From NCBI RefSeq assembly GCF_001447785.1, contig NW_015164758.1, positions 64,328 to 128,301 of the forward strand: a DNA stretch of 63,974 nt, in the 5' to 3' direction. Below are positions 51,921 to 63,974 of the stretch, piece after piece. Within the stretch, counting starts at the first letter, position 1; every line of letters begins with the position of its first letter. Below the pieces are notes generated by a model. The model did no database searches and had not been told where the DNA came from. It saw only the letters and a program-made list of their open reading frames with translations. The position numbers and the translations under genes are program-made. Origin of the DNA: Gekko japonicus. Lineage: Eukaryota.

Positions 51921-54104
51921 TCAGGAGATTATCAACAAGTCCCTCTCAGAGGGACGGTTCCCTGGAGCACTCAAGGAGGCGATGGTCCGCCCCCTCTTAA
52001 AAAAGCCATCTTTGGACCCGACTGAATTGGACAACTATCGGCCGGTGTCCAATTTGCCCTATTTGGCCGACGTGGGGATTCAGGGGCTTGCCCTTCAGTG
52101 GTTTGCCTCGTTCCTGCAAGGTCAGGGACAAAGGGTGGCGATAGGGGATCAGCAGTCCCGGAGGCACCCACTCGAGTGTGGACTGCCTCAGGGGGCGGTG
52201 CTGTCCCCGATGTTATTTAACATCTATATGTGCCCCCTTGCCCAGATTGCCCAGAGTTTTGGGCTTGGGTGTCATCAATATGCGGATGAAACCCAGCTCT
52301 ATCTGAGGCTGGGCAGCCGGTCGAACTCCGACCCAGATGATCTTCATCGGGTATTGCAAGCTGTGGGTGGTTGGCTCAGACTGAGTCAGATGAAACTAAA
52401 CCTAGGTCAGGTCGGTTCGGGGTTGGGGCTACCTCTCCCAGCCTTCGATGGGGCGCCTTTGGTGCCGGTGTTGAGGGTTAGAAGTCTGGAAGTGCTTCTG
52501 GACTCCTCTTTATCGATGGAGGCCCAGGTGGCAGCCACTGCCAAATCAGCCTTTTACCATCTTCGGCTGGCGTGGCAGTTGTTTCCTTTCCTTGACCGTG
52601 AGGACTTGGCCACAGTGATCCATGTGACTGTCACCTCGAGGCTGGACTACTGTAACGCTCTCTACATGGGGCTGCCTCTGTCGCAAATTGGGAAGCTGCA
52701 GCTAGTGCAGAATGCAGCAGCCAGNNNNNNNNNNNNNNNNNNNNNNNNNNNNNNNNNNNNNNNNNNNNNNNNNNNNNNNNNNNNNNNNNNNNNNNNNNNN
52801 NNNNNNNNNNNNNNNNNNNNNNNNNNNNNNNNNNNNNNNNNNNNNNNNNNNNNNNNNNNNNNNNNNNNNNNNNNNNNNNNNNNNNNNNNNNNNNNNNNNN
52901 NNNNNNNNNNNNNNNNNNNNNNNNNNNNNNNNNNNNNNNNNNNNNNNNNNNNNNNNNNNNNNNNNNNNNNNNNNNNNNNNNNNNNNNNNNNNNNNNNNNN
53001 NNNGCTGGGCAGCCGGTCGAACTCCGACCCAGATGACCTTCATCGGGTATTGCAAGCTGTGGGTGGTTGGCTCAGACTGAGTCAGATGAAACTAAACCTA
53101 GGTCAGGTCGGTTCGGGGTTGGGGCTCCCTCTCCCAGCCTTCAATGGGGCGCCTTTGGTGCCGGTGTTGAGGGTTAGAAGTCTGGAAGTGCTCCTGGACT
53201 CCTCTTTATCGATGTAGGCCCAGGTGGCAGCCACTGCCAAATCAGCCTTTTACCATCTTCAGCTGGCATGGTAGTAGTTTCCTTTCCTTGACTTGGCCAC
53301 AGTGATCCATGCGACGTTCACATCGAGGCTGGACTACTGTAATGCTCTCTACATGGGGCTGCCTCTGTCGCAAATCGGGAAGCTGCAGCTAGTGCAGAAT
53401 GCAGCAGCCAGGCTGCTGATGGGTCTCACTAGCCGGTGCTGAAGGTGCTGCACTGGCTGCCTATAGCATACCGGATTCGCTTCAAAGTGCTGGTTCTTAC
53501 CTATAAAGCCCTTGACGGCCAGGGTCCAGCGTACCTAAGGGACCACCTTTCTCCATATGTTCCCCGAAGAGCACTACGGTCAAGGGCGCAACACCTATTA
53601 GTTGTTCCAGGCCCCAAGGACATCAAGTTGGCCACAACCAGGGCCAGGGCTTTTTCGGCGGCGGCTCCTGTCTGATGGGACGAGCTCCCAGGGGAGATCC
53701 GGGCCCTGCGGGACCTTGCGCAGTTCCGCAGGGCTTGCAAGACGGAGCTCTTCCGCCAGGCTTTTGCATAGGAGCCACTACCGCCATTGTACCACCACCG
53801 AGCTGCCATCTCTGATGGTGGAGTCGATCTGGATGTGAGCTGGCCCTGGGAAGATGACCAGATGACTTGAAGAACTGGTCACGAAAGGACGACAGTAGTA
53901 TTATCCGGAACTTATACTGACGGGTTAGGCTGGTCAACGGAACCCCATCTTGGACCGATAAGAACCAGTATCAAGAGCACCGGCACGTTGTTGTGATGGA
54001 TTGTTTTATTATGTTTTTAGCTGTTCATCTCTGGCATGTGCCTCTTTTGTTAGCAGCCCTGAGCCCGTTTTGGGGAGGGCGGGATATAAATGTAATAAAT
54101 AAAT
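51921..54104 (+). mobile_element. L2-clade LINE (deleted RT and 3' end), nested in a tRNA SINE; spans an N gap
   Basis: VRPLLKKPSLDP, NYRPVSNLP, GLPQGAVLSP, YADETQLY, SRLDYCNAL, LHWLP; (TAAA)n tail; SINE halves at 51832-51920 and 54110-54302. Confidence 0.92.
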
Positions 54105-54870
54105 ATTGTGGGTTAGTCACAAGTTATCTCGGAGCTGTTCTCTCAAGAGCAGTCCTCAGAAGAGCTCTCTCAGCCCCACCTACCTCACAGGGGGTCTGTT
54201 GTGGGGAGGGGAAGGGAAAGGAGATCGTAAGCTGCTCTGAGACTCTGAGTGAAGGGCGGGGTATAAATCCAATCTCCTCCTCCTCCTCCTCCTCCTCTTC
54301 TTCATGTGATCAGCTCTAACCCATGGCTGATCAGATGTGTCACAAGTGTTTAACCATCAGTGCTCAAACCATCAACCCTGACATTTCGTTACTCCAAGCT
54401 CCTCAGTATACCAAGGAGCCAACTAAGTTCGGGCAGAAGCGTCCAACTTAGGAGTGGCTGTGTCGGCTTCCCAGGGCTATTTGTATTCTGCCTGTACAAT
54501 TGTCAACAGCATTGTCACGGTGGCACAACAAAGGCTGGATCCCATTAAAAACAAATCTTCTGTGCGTACAGAAGAGGGGGCAGTTCTCCCCTCCTATGGC
54601 AGCCCTCCAACGCACCCCTCACACTGCTCAGAGGGGTCCCCCAACCCCCAGAACTAACTGGGCTCAGCTTAGCTGGCATCAAGCAACTCTGCAAGGGCTT
54701 TCCCGGGTAGAGGCTGCCAGGGGAACAGAAAGTGGGAAAGCTGAAGACAGGGAGCAGATAAGAGGAGGCTCTAGGCTGTGGGTGGGAAGGAGAGAAGAAA
54801 GCAGGAGAAGGGGAAGGGGAAATAGTGGGGAAGGGGAGGCCTCCAGCAAGTCTTGGCAGGTCACCTGCCT

Positions 54871-55282
54871 CCGGGGTGTCAAACATAAGGCCCGGGAGCC
54901 AGATCCGGCCCATCCAGGGCTCTTATGCGGCCCGCGAGCAACGGGTGCAAGGGAGGGAGTACTGGGGAGGGAGCGGGGGGAGCCACTCCATTGTGGCTTC
55001 AGCACAGCAGAACGATCTTGTCTGCAGCAGTCAAGCATCGTGGGAGCACCAGCACTGCACTGCCGCCTCTCCGGTCCGCCCGTGTGGGTTTTCCTCTGCA
55101 CCCCCCTCCCAGCCCAGGGGGCCTTGCAGCGAGGACACACCACCTTGGAGCTTACCATCTGCTGCCCTTTATACAGTTTCTATCTTCGGTACCTGGTGTT
55201 ACATGCTATGGCACCCATGGCCTGTCCCGGCAAAGTGACACGTCAGATCCGGCCCTCGTAACAAATTAGTTTGACACCACTT
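54871..55282. mobile_element. hAT (Charlie-like) MITE
   Basis: GGGGTGTCAAAC / GTTTGACACC TIRs; TSD ACCTGCCT / ACCTACCT. Confidence 0.8.
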
Positions 55283-55933
55283 ACCTACCTGTTATATCTT
55301 AGTTACCTTTTTGCAGAGCGTGTAAGGCACAGAGGTTCCGCCAGGCATTTGGTTGAGCACAGTGACTGTACAGCATGTAGTCTGGCGCCCTCATACCCTC
55401 CATTCTCCACAGCCCCCCTCTGGGAGGCCTGTGAAGTCTGGATTTCCCCCACCACCACCATCTTGGATCTACCAAATTATGTCGATGTATTATCGGAGCT
55501 GTATGTTTAATATATTTATTCTTGGTTTTAACTTTTAATTATTTATTGTATGTTCTCTCTTGTCATAAGCCGTCTTGAGCCGTGCTTGCAGGGAAGGGCA
55601 GCCTAAAAACCTACTTAAATAAATAAATAACATCTCATTATGAACTTGGCCCCAACTGTGGATCTTTAAATCCCAAGACTGGGGCCATGTACAGACCAAA
55701 AAAAAAGAATTCCTACAGGTTTTGGGAATCCCCCTAAGTTTTCAGAAAAAAACTGAAAAGTTAAAAGGGAGGAGTTAAATCACCCCAAAAGAGGAATGTT
55801 GTCTGTGTGGCCCCGTGGGTTGGGTGTGGGTGCGTGGCCACTGGTACTGGTATTTTGTTTAACATTGTCATAAGAAAGAGGACAAAGTTAGAGTCCAGTG
55901 GCACCTTTAAGACCAACAAAGTTTTATTCAAGG

Positions 55934-55969
55934 TGTGAGCTTTCGCATGCATGCACACTTCATCAGACG
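55934..55969 (-). ncRNA. Minimal type I hammerhead ribozyme motif
   Basis: GT-CTGATGA-A-GTGTG-CATG-CATGC-GAAA-GC-TC-AC on the minus strand; catalytic core intact, stem I short. Confidence 0.6.
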
Positions 55970-56049
55970 ATGAAATGGAATTATATATCATAGTTGTATA
56001 TATAGGAGTGGTTTGTTAAGTGTGCATGCCCACGAAAGCTCACACCTTG

Positions 56050-56379
56050 TGCAATATACTCAGCTCAGACCGCGTGGCCAGCTTCGGCTCCACGCGGTCA
56101 AGCGCCAACGTCGAGCTTCACTCAAAAAGACAATGGACTATGTGGATCCTAGCCTGCACCAATCAGGGGGCTAGGTCCCCAGCCGAGAGCCTATGGAACT
56201 CACGGCCACTGTTATGGAACTCACGGCCACTGTAAATAACCTATTGGAAAGTAGGGGTGTGTTATGGGTGGCGGTTTCATGGGGAATATAAGACGGCCTG
56301 CGAGCTGGCTAAAGTCATCTTGTTCCTGATCGAATAAAGTACGCTTTGCTGAAATCACTCTCCGTCTGCATACTTTTCA
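56050..56379 (+). mobile_element. Solo LTR (330 bp)
   Basis: TG...CA ends, CCTTG TSD (56045-49, 56380-84), internal CCAATCAG, TATATAAG and AATAAA in LTR order. Confidence 0.85.
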
Positions 56380-59300
56380 CCTTGAATAAAACGTTTTTGG
56401 TTTTAAAGGTGCCATTGGGCTCCAACTTTGTTCTATTGCTTCAGACCAACACGGCTGCCCACCTTGATCTGTAAGAAAGAGGAAACTGGGGTATCAGCAT
56501 GTAAGATGACACCGATTCTCAACGTGCAGTTTGACTAGATACAATCCGTCTGCAGTTCTGCCAAAGCGACTGTTAACCATAGTTGTGTGTGAAACAGAAT
56601 GGATTCAGATTTGTGGCGGAAGCGATTGCTTGAATTACTGATGTGCTTACCCCCTGGAGGAGGTTAAATGAATGTGGTTTTTTAAAACTCCTTCTAGGGG
56701 GTCCCCGCCAGGCCCCAACATAGTAACTGGAACACACGTCTGCCAGGTGGGAGGGCAAAGCTCAGAATGTGGTGAATGTGTCTTTGAGCCTCTGCCACTG
56801 CCCTTGGGCACGTCTTGTCTGGCTTCATCCCAAGTTACAAGCTCAAAATACAATTTCACAATTCTAGCAAGGGTGGGTCAGGCACAAAGGAGGGTCAAGT
56901 GTCTGTCCCTCGAAGGGCTGTAGAGAAAGAGGAGTTTCTACAAGTGCCGTTAGTTGTGCTGGAATGGATGAAGAGCCCGTTTGGTGTAGTGGTTAAGTGC
57001 GCGGACTCTAATCTGGAAGAACCGGGTTTGATTCCCCACTCCTCCACTTGCACCTGCTAGATGACCTTGGGCAAGCCGTAGTTCTGATAAGAGCTGTCCT
57101 TGAAAAAGAGCAGTTTCTGTCAGAGCTCTCTCAGCCCCGCCGACCTCACAGGGTGCCTGTTGTGGGGAGGGGAACGGGAAAGGAGTTTGTAAGCCGCTCT
57201 GAGACTCCCTTGGGTAGTGAAGGGCCAGGTATAAATCCAATCTCTTCTTCTTCTTCTTAACATCCGTTTCTTGCGCACCATCGTGAAAGGGACAGGATCC
57301 GTCTTCCTTTTCATCTCTTGAGGCTCACAGGGAAAGGCAGTGGCACAAGGAAGGTTACATTTCCACGGCTTGATTGCTAAAATGGAGACTGACAGGGTCT
57401 CCTCCATATCCCTGCAGGGCTGGTTGTGCTCCAGTGAGGAAACACAACTTTGCACATGCTCCACTCCACTCTTCCCGTCAGCGTTATGCTCCGGAAAATG
57501 GAGTCTTGGCACGGAAAAGAGGTTCAGGAACTAAAACTGGAACTCAGCCCAAATCAGCATTAGAGACGGGAATGGACTCGATGTGCCTGGAACGGCAGGC
57601 ATTCCTCTCACGCTTCCTGAATTGTCTGCCCACTGTGACTTCCGGGTGGGGCTGAAGGAGCCCTCGGTCCCCACCTTCTCCTCCCCAGCAAAAGAGGTCA
57701 TTTGAGTTCAAGGCCACCAAGAGGGCTGGAGGTTCCCCGAGTGCTGCCTTCAGTTGCTGAGAGAGTCAGCCGGGGACATCTCATATTCCTGCGAGACAGA
57801 GACAGGAAAAGGCGGGACCTCCCAAAGCTCTGCCTGCCAGGCACAGATTAAAACCATAGCTCAGCTTCCCAGGAAAGCTGTGGGCGGCAGTGGTGTGTGT
57901 GTGTGGGGGAATGCAGGGCTCTTTTTGTAGAAAAAGCGGGGAATGCCAAAAGTTAACATTATGCTGTGTTGGAGAACAATTGGCTGCAAAGAATATTTAT
58001 GTATGTATGTATGTATGTATGGCAGGGCTCTTTTTGTAGAAAAAGCCCAGCAGGAACTCATTAGCATAATAGGCCACACCCAAGAGCAGGAACTCATTAG
58101 CATATTGGGCCACACCCCTGACAGCACAGCTCATTAGCACATTAGGCCTCACCCCCATGTTACCAGAAGTGTGGTCATCCAGCCACACCCACCTTTTGCT
58201 TGTTATTCTGTTTACTTTGTTTATTGTCAAAACCCAGGGCCTTTTTTTTTGTAGCAGGAACTTCTTTGCATGTTAGGCCACACACCCCTAATGTAGCCAA
58301 TCCTAATGAGTTCCTGCTGTTGGGTGTGGCCTATTATGCTAATTAGTTCCTGCTGGGCGTGGCCAACTTGGGAGCCAGACGGAACTCCGTTCCTGTGCGT
58401 TCNNNNNNNNNNNNNNNNNNNNNNNNNNNNNNNNNNNNNNNNNNNNNNNNNNNNNNNNNNNNNNNNNNNNNNNNNNNNNNNNNNNNNNNNNNNNNNNNNN
58501 NNNNNNNNNNNNNNNNNNNNNNNNNNNNNNNNNNNNNNNNNNNNNNNNNNNNNNNNNNNNNNNNNNNNNNNNNNNNNNNNNNNNNNNNNNNNNNNNNNNN
58601 NNNNNNNNNNNNNNNNNNNNNNNNNNNNNNNNNNNNNNNNNNNNNNNNNNNNNNNNNNNNNNNNNTTAGGGTGCCTTTCTCAGAAACACTGGAATTCCGA
58701 ACCCGGCGGTTTGGGATGAAGACGACAGAAGGTGCTCAAGTCGTCATGAAACAGACTTTTGAAGAGACGTCGGTTGGATTCCGAGCTTCGCGTTCCAGGC
58801 AGCCAGTGTGTGTGTCCCAACGACTGACTTCCATGCACTTAGGATATCTGCCAATCTTCATCCCCAGACAGTGAAGCAACCCATTGTCTGGAACATCGAA
58901 GCACACTCCCCGCTAGGTCTGCATTCTGTAACCGTACTTGAGTCCCTTCCTTGCAGGATGGGTCGCGTCTCCATTTTCTGTTTGCGAAGTGACTTTAGTT
59001 CAGGCTGTCCACTCATGCAGCGGAGATGCCGCCGTGCCCCCCCCCATGGGTGGCGTCTGCAGGTGGTGGGGCAGTTCGGGCTACTCGCGAGACCGGTTCC
59101 CTGCAAGAGTCCTTTTGTGTCAAACCGCTTGGGGAGGAGACGTTGAAAAGGGCACTTTGGGGTAGGGGAACATCAACAGATTGGTGGCGGTGGTTGTTCT
59201 GCCATCAAGTAGCAACTGACTTATGGAGACCTCATAAGGTTTTCAGGGCAAGAGACACTCAGAGGTGGTTTTCTATTGCCTGCCTCTACGTCGTGACCGT

Positions 59301-59562
59301 GGACTTCCTTGGTGGCCTCCCATCCAAATACTAGCTGGGGCCGACCCTGTTTTGCTTCTGAAATATGACGAGATCAGGCTATCCTGGGCTATCCAGGTCA
59401 GAGCATCAGTGGACTAGTCCATACAATGTAAGTTCTTCCCATGGAGTTGTTCAGAGACATGACATGCTGGTGATTCACAGAAGTCAAAGTCAGGTGAAGA
59501 CCGATCAAGATGGGTAGCCATGTTCGTCTGTCTGCACAGACCCAGTTGAAAGAGAAATGTGG

Positions 59563-59995
59563 GTTGTTGTTCAGTCGCACAGTCGAGTCCGACTCTTCGC
59601 GACCCAATGGACCAGCTCCCGCCAGGCCCTCCTGTCTTCCACCGTCCTCTGAAGTTTGCTCAGTTTCATGTTCGTTGCATCTATGACACTGTCTATCCAT
59701 CTCATCCTTTGCCGTCCCCGTCTTCTTTGACCTTCAATCTTTCCCAGCTTCAGGGTCTTCTCCAGGGAGTGCTCCCTTCTCATTGGGTGGCCAAAGGATT
59801 TGAGCTTCAGTTTCATTATCTGGCCTTCCAGGGAACAGTCAGGGTTGATTTCTTTTAGGATTGACTGATTTGATCTTCTTGCAGTCCAAGGGACTCTCAA
59901 GAGTGTTCTCCAGCACCATAGTTCAAAAGAATCTATTCTTCGGCGCTCGGCCTTCCTTATAGTCCAACTCTCGCAGCCATACATGACTACTGGGT
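59563..59995 (-). mobile_element. BovB (RTE) LINE 3' fragment
   Basis: MYGCESWTIRKAERRRIDSFELWCWR...RRRGRQRMRW. Confidence 0.92.
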
Positions 59996-60282
59996 AGTCA
60001 TGTGGATATTAATGGATAATTAGAAATGTGGGTACTAATGGATAAATGGTACCTGATTCTAGAAAAACTAGATGTAGACAAGTTTGAATGGGAATCCATA
60101 ACAGAGACAAAATTTAAGCTACTAGCTTTAGGTTAATGTACCAGATGGTCAAGAATTTAGCCATAAAAAGTTACTAAGAGCATAGGCAGTCCTCCAGGAT
60201 CACAATTTAGCTTTTGTAGCTGAAAATACTTCTTTTTCATGTAACTCTAAATACTATAACGTTATACCAGTATAAGAGTATG

Positions 60283-60702
60283 CAGGGGTCATTTCGTAGA
60301 AAAGGAGGTGCAGGAGCTCATTAGCATAACTCATTAGCATAACTTATTTGCATATGCCACACCCCCTGACATCACCGAAAGTGTGTCAGAAGGCAAAACC
60401 CACCACTCAGGCTCCACTGGACTGTTTTGGATTGCTAGCTATTTGGGGGGGGGGGAGGAATGTGCAGATCTGTCCTCGCAGAGGAGGGAGAGCTTGTACC
60501 TGAATAAAACTTGGTCTTAAAGGTGCCACTGGACTGTTTTGGGCCGGGGAGCTGGGGGAGGCTCTGCAACTTACCTGGCTGCTTCTTGCTCTGACTGAGG
60601 GCTGCTGGGAGCAGGGGGTGGGGCTTGTTGCATATGCCCACCCCCTGGGCTTTTTACTGCTGGAGCTCTGCTCCTATGCGCTCCTGCAGGAAATGACCCC
60701 TG
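60283..60702. mobile_element. hAT MITE carrying octamer motifs (relatives at 21100-21227 and 57915-58402)
   Basis: TIR CAGGGGTCATTTC; 8-bp TSD AGAGTATG. Confidence 0.85.
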
Positions 60703-60823
60703 AGAGTATGTAACCTCCACCACAACTGTGGCATCTTCACAGTCGTGTTCGAGATGCTTCCAAGTTTTGATTTCTGTATTATCTTGTATGCTGTTTAAAT
60801 GTAAAAAAATTTTTTGTCTGCAG

Positions 60824-60994
60824 CAGTAGAAAAAAGCAAGAGTCCAGGAGCACCTGAAAGACTAACAAAAATGGTGGCAGGGGAGGAGCTTTTGTGAGTG
60901 ACCGCGGAGTGAGCAGTGACTCAGGAAAGCTCCTCCCCTGCCACCATTTTTGTTAGTCTTTCAGGTGCTCCTGGACTCTTGCTCTTTTCTACTG
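60824..60994. repeat. Near-perfect 171-bp hairpin, Penelope-derived family
   Basis: ~70-bp arms cagtagaaaa...ggagctt and aagctcc...ttttctactg. Confidence 0.85.
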
Positions 60995-62259
60995 TCTCAG
61001 GCAAAGACTGCAAGCCAGAAGGAGACGGGCGGTTGTCACTAAGGAATGCCAGACGGCCCAGAATTGTCAGACATAGCCCTGTTTTGCTACTTTGCAGAGA
61101 GCAAGGACGAAACCTGGCTTCGACAAGTAAGCAATCCTATCAGATTGGGTGTGGACCACTCCCAAGTAGCAACGAATGGGCACGGTAAGATCAACATGGG
61201 CATAAACGTCTAAAGCAAGGCCATTGTTTTCTGTAGTGAGCTGGACTCCCGCAGTCTCTACTAGGTCCCAGCTCGATGGTGCCAGATCGGCTCTGAAGTT
61301 GCTGACTTGGAGCGCGTGCACAGATTGAATGTGATCGGGCTCACCCTTTTGAGCACCAAACGTGGCAAAGGGGCTTGAAAGGCTCGCTGCAGGATCCTGC
61401 TTCAGTAATTAGGCTGTCTATGGGGAAAATCCACCCTGACCTGGTTGGTCTCCGTGGGCTACTTCAGTCTCTTCAGATCTCAGAAGCTAAGCAGGGTTAG
61501 ACCTGGTTTGTACTTGAATGGGAGACGACCAAGGAAGCCCAGGGTTGCTACGCAGAGGCAGGCAATGGCAGACCCACCTCTGAATGTCTCTTGCCTTGGA
61601 AATCCTGTGGGGTCTCCATAAGTTGGCTTCCACTTAACAGCACATTCTACCACCACCCCCCCAAGGGAAAATCTACCCACATGGGATGCCGTGTCCTTCT
61701 CCCCACTGGTGGATTGCAGGCTTGAGGATGGGCAATGCAGGTCGAGTAACTGGCATGGGAGACATGGATTAAAGCACCTCCTCATCCCTCATCACCTAGC
61801 CAGTTTCAAAAGCACCACAGGGGGCTGTCCCTTAACAGACAACAGACTGTGGGCTCAGATTAGGACCTGGGAGAAGTGGGTTCGGATTCCTCCGTCAGCT
61901 ATGGGAGCCTGCCAGGTGACCTTGGACCTGTCACTGTCTCTCAGTCTAACCTACCTCACAAGGTCGTTGTGGTGAGGATTAAGTGGAGGAGGGAGGAATG
62001 ATGAGTCCCCGATCAGGGAGGAAAGTGGTAGGTAAATAACAAATAAGCACTGACTAAGCATATCACATCTAGCTGAACACTTAAAAATTGTTCCGATCGT
62101 CTGCAACCTCAGAATGTACGGAGGCGTGAATTGCTGGCGGAGCATTTGCACAGTACCCCTTTGAGTGTTCAGCTTGAAGCCTCCTAAGAACTTTATGAAT
62201 CAGGCAGGTAGAATTGTCCTCTGCCCCCCGCCCCGGCCGCCATTGCAGAGGGAGGTGGT

Positions 62260-62465
62260 CAATGTTCCCTCTAAGCTGTGGAGTCTCATGAGCAAAAATT
62301 CTACTTTGTGAGCCACTGGCATTAAAGTTGTGAGCAAGCGATTGGGCTGCTGCAGAAATTACTTTGCTCTGGAGCCCTCCTTCCTGAGCTCAGACAAAAA
62401 TGTGTGAGCCGGAGGCTAAAGAACTGTGAGCTAGCTCACACAAGCTCAGCTTAGAGGGAACACTG
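62260..62465 (-). mobile_element. hAT MITE, same family
   Basis: TIRs and 8-bp TSD GAGGTGGT. Confidence 0.9.
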
Positions 62466-63169
62466 GAGGTGGTGGGTCGCTGAGGCTCAGAGCTGGTGGC
62501 TTGCCTCAGGCAAATAAAGGAGCCAGGCCGACGAGAGGTTTGAACTGGAGACTGGAGTCAGAACTCACGCCAAGGCCAAATTGACAAGACACTCGGCCTA
62601 CAAGCAGAGCATCGGTGGGCTCCGTCACAGCCCAGGCGGTTGAAACAGAGCGGGACCTTGCCGCCTTATGTAGAATCTCCAGGCGAATGATGACTCTGCA
62701 CCGGAGTTCTCATTTGTCATTTCCTTCTTCCGTATCCTCGGCCTGCCTTTGGCAGATTCCCAGCAGCCGGAGACAGCCAGGGAAACGGGCTTCTGATTCC
62801 TCCCCCCACACATAGCTGACTAGTCACTACGGGAAGATCCCTTAAAAGAGGAGACGTGAAGAGTGCCCCCCCCCAGACTGTGGTGTTGCACATTGTTAGC
62901 TGGTGTTTCCCTCATAAACAGCATCACAATTGACCTCATACCATGTTTCCCCGAAAATAAGACACTGTCTTATATTTATTTTTTCTCAAGAAGACACACT
63001 AGGGCTTATACCACAAATACATAGAAATCCTGCTAGGGCTTATTTTTTGGGTAGGAGTAGGGGAAACAGGGTAGCTCCGTTTGATTATCCAAGCCTCCTG
63101 ATGTGGTTTTATTATCCAGGCCTCCTTGATTTTGAACTGGTGCTTTGAGGCTGTAGTCAGGTGGCTGCC

Positions 63170-63410
63170 AACCCTGAATTGGCACTGGTACGGTAGTTTC
63201 AAGTTGGCACCACTCAGTTGACGCCAGAGGTTTACCTCATGATCGTTGATGAGTTATTACAACGTGGGTACACAAAGCTTGTGCCACCGGGAGACTGGCA
63301 ACCCTGAATTAGCACTGGTACAGTAGTTTCAAGTTGTCCACTCAGTTGACACCAGAAATTTACCTCATGATCGTTGACGAGTTATTACAACGTGGGTACA
63401 CAAAGCTTGC
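63170..63410. repeat. Tandem duplication, ~130-bp unit x2
   Basis: aaccctgaatt...acacaaagcttg repeated. Confidence 0.85.
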
Positions 63411-63814
63411 CAGTTTGGTGTAGTAGTTAAGTGTGTGGACTCTAATCTGGCAGAACTGGGTATGCTGGCAGAACTTGGGTCAGTTACAAGTTGTTTCAGA
63501 GCTGTTCTCTCAAGGACAGTTCTCGAAAGAGCTCTCTCAGCCCCACCTACCTCACACTTTGCCTGTTTCTCCTGCTTTGGGGTAGCCATTAAGTACCTCA
63601 AGCCATTAACTAGTTGCTGTCCAGCGTGGTTCAAGAAGGTGATTTCTTCACCTTACAAGAATGAAGCTGCCTTATACTGGATCTTAGCCTTGGTCCATCC
63701 AGGTCAGTCTTGTCCACTGGGACTGGCAGTGGCTCTCCAGGGTTTCAGGGACCACTGATTCATAACCCCTCCCTGTATGACCCGTCTCAGGATAGGTTCC
63801 TGCTAAGAATTTTT

Positions 63815-63974
63815 GTTGTTGTTCAGTCACACAGTCGAGTCCGACTCTTCGCGACCCCATGGACCAGATCCCGCCAGGCCTTCCTGTCTTCCGCCGTTCT
63901 CTGAGGTTTGCTCAATTTCATGTTCGTTGCATCTATGACACTGTCTAACCATCTCATCCTTTGCCGTCCCCTTC
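63815..63974 (-). mobile_element. BovB 3' end (runs off the window)
   Basis: Closely matches 59563-59725. Confidence 0.88.

Larger units (their letters stand above)
55884..56470. mobile_element. Penelope-derived palindromic repeat, interrupted by the solo LTR
   Basis: gagtccagtggcacctttaagaccaacaaagttttattc arm and its inverse; hammerhead motif at 55934-55969. Confidence 0.7.

Noticed and set aside
51346-53217. 623-aa ORF as an intact gene
   Set aside because: Chimera of unique sequence, a SINE head, a deleted L2 RT and an N gap.
52307-53411. ~420-bp L2 duplication on both sides of a gap
   Set aside because: Gap-flanking overlap typical of scaffolding alleles or paralogues; cannot be called real without reads.

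Overview
Vertebrate genomic DNA, not prokaryotic. The repeats (Sauria SINE, BovB, CR1, L2 and a very abundant tRNA-headed SINE with (GAA)n tails) point to a squamate, most likely a gecko. The one intact gene is TGFBR1 (ALK5) on the minus strand. Coding exons 2-9 map with canonical GT-AG sites between 28278 and 13903, followed by a ~3.55 kb transposon-free 3'UTR ending at AATAAA 10368-10363. Exon 1 is not visible and probably lies in the 574-N gap (45193-45766) inside the CpG island. The rest is mobile DNA. The least expected signals are: (i) two non-autonomous Helitrons sharing a 17-nt 5' end, head-to-head around exon 2; one has its empty site preserved in the window, and the other carries a CCAAT box and a consensus splice donor in TGFBR1 sense; (ii) long palindromic Penelope-like elements carrying minimal hammerhead ribozyme motifs; (iii) a divergent pogo/Tigger transposase relic flanked by a 12-bp direct repeat; (iv) a solo LTR; (v) a hAT MITE array around the promoter whose island-proximal copies keep their CpGs; (vi) a tandem splice acceptor at exon 3. 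Most ORFs in the supplied track are spurious. Repeat family names come from recognition by eye, and repeat boundaries without a stated TSD are approximate.
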